Shown: positions 6,270-7,858 of the stretch, one piece after another
How the letters are laid out: each line of letters opens with the position of its first letter
Position numbering within the stretch: position 1 is the first letter of the stretch
Source of the DNA: Octopus sinensis
Lineage: Eukaryota
DNA length: 7,858 bases
Assembly (NCBI RefSeq): GCF_006345805.1
Contig: NW_021828744.1
Location: forward strand, 1-7,858
Direction of reading: 5' to 3'
Position numbers and translations under genes: made by a program
Notes under the pieces: generated by a model
What the model saw: only the letters and a program-made list of their open reading frames with translations
Told to the model about the DNA's origin: nothing
Databases searched by the model: none

Positions 6270-6875
6270 TGTATGTGTATATATATATATATAATATATA
6301 TTATATATATATATATATATATGATTATATATTACATATTTCATATTACAAATTACATGTATATATATTTATACGTTCACACACATACATAATATGGGTA
6401 TATATATATATGCCCATATTATGTATGTGCGTGTGTCTGTGTGTGTATACATAATATAAGTATATATATATATATATATGTATATACCCATATTATGTAT
6501 GTGCGTGTGTCTGTGTGTGTGAACGTACAAATATATATACATGTAATTTGTAATATGAACTACGTAACATATAAACACATATATATATATATACATATAT
6601 ATACACACACACATGGCTGTGGAGACAGATAGACAGACACGCATACGCACACACGGATGCATATAAACACACACACACGAGGCATTATTTCTCTTCTTCC
6701 GTACTCGTTGCTCTATCGACTCAGTGTAACCGGTGCAAGGCAGACGACAGACGCACACAAACCGCAACACGTTTAGACACACAACAAAACACAACACACA
6801 CACAATAAATAAACAGCACAATCACACACACACAATATACATACATACATATATATAAAATATATATATATATCT
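6270..6875. repeat. TA/CA/TG-rich low-complexity region containing an inverted and direct duplication (6340-6559)
   Basis: Multiple TA, CA and TACA runs. 46-bp inverted arms at 6340-6385/6514-6559, a palindrome at 6382-6429, and 34-bp direct repeats at 6413-6446/6487-6520. Confidence 0.85.
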
Positions 6876-7101
6876 TACATCTACCATATTAAATGATAAT
6901 ATCACTTCCCCAGTTTCCCTTCTGACGTTCATTATCTTCTTATCATCGCAAACGATTAATAGCTAAATGTGAAACCGGTATTTTTCTGCTCTCTAACGAA
7001 ATTTCCCTCTATGCTTGTTTGATTGTCTTCTCTCTTGTTAATATTCAACATGGCCGTTCACCAGAATATTTGAGATGTGTTCCTACCATTGTCATTGCTG
7101 T

Positions 7102-7661
7102 AATTATTATTATTATTATTATTATTATTATGATTTATTAATATTATTATTATCATTATTATTTATTAATATTATTACTATTATTATTATTATTAATATT
7201 ATTTATTAATATTATTATTATTATTATTATCATTATTATTATTATTATCATTATTAATATTATTATTATCATTATTATTCTTAATATTATTATTATAACT
7301 ATTTTTAATATTATTATTATTAACATCTTTAATATTACTATTATTATTATTGTTATTATTATTATCATTATTACTATTATTATTATTGTCATTATTAATA
7401 TCATTAATATTATTAATATTACTATTATTATTATTATTATCATTATTAATATTATTATCAATATTATTATTATTATTATACTGATAATATATTATTATTA
7501 TTAATAATAATAATATCATTATTGTTATTATTATTACAATTATTTTTGTTGCTATAGTTATTACTGTTGTTGCTGCTGTAATTATTATAATGATGATGAT
7601 GTTGATGATGATTATCATCATCATCATCAAATTATCATTACCTTTATTAGTATTATCATTA
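7102..7661. repeat. Long degenerate (ATT)n/(ATC)n/(GAT)n trinucleotide region
   Basis: Triplet periodicity throughout; it explains the Ile/Asn-rich ORFs. Confidence 0.95.
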
Positions 7662-7713
7662 TTGTCCCCCTAATCCTTCGCCTTGGTGGCATATAAAAGA
7701 AATTATTATTATT
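7662..7713 (+). mobile_element. Possible isolated 3' tail of a related SINE/LINE ending in (ATT)n
   Basis: TTGTCC-9nt-TTCGCC-TTGGTGG-CATATA-AAAGAAAT-TATTATT is colinear with the array tail TTGTCC-9nt-TTAGCC-CCTTGTGG-GTAGT-AAAGAAAT-A. The match is short. Confidence 0.4.
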
Positions 7714-7858
7714 TTCATTGTTGTTGTCGGTGTTATTTTTATCGTCGTCACTGTTATTCTTCGTATGATCGATGTAGTCACTGTCATCACCATTCGTCAT
7801 CATCATCCACCAGAACCACTATAGCCCTAACCCATCCTCACCACTATTAGTATTATCA
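7714..7858. repeat. Cryptic triplet repeats (GTT/CGT/CAT/CAC)
   Basis: Degenerate triplet periodicity continuing to the window end. Confidence 0.6.

Noticed and set aside
6209-6821. ORFs sharing YYKLHVYIF.RSHT on opposite strands
   Set aside because: An artefact of the inverted duplication in low-complexity DNA.
7159-7630. Poly-Ile and poly-Asn ORFs
   Set aside because: Translations of the (ATT)n tract.

Overview
AT-rich, microsatellite-laden eukaryotic non-coding DNA with no supportable host gene. The repeat families resemble those I recall from octopus (cephalopod) assemblies; this is an inference, not a search result. The centre is a 3.06-kb minus-strand element (2676-5733): ONE tRNA-like SINE head carrying the only A box (5688-5733 is unique), then 16 full ~180-bp head-less units (B box, conserved core, 3' tail) and one truncated unit. 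A perfect 21-bp direct repeat (GCTAAAACAGTTTACAATGCC, 2655-2675 and 5732-5752) flanks the whole multimer. Removing the multimer and one repeat copy restores, in frame, a relic of an RLE-type (R2-superfamily, R4/Dong-like) non-LTR retrotransposon, so the direct repeat is a genuine target-site duplication. The target 3' end can also pair with the unit-to-unit junction sequence. Together these suggest a SINE mobilised as a concatemer from a multimeric or circular RNA, or by repeated template jumping. In-situ expansion of a short insertion is not excluded. The flanks hold a second RLE-LINE 3' relic, a truncated head of another tRNA-SINE, a foldback inversion-duplication, a hairpin-rich 0.4-kb segment and many simple repeats.
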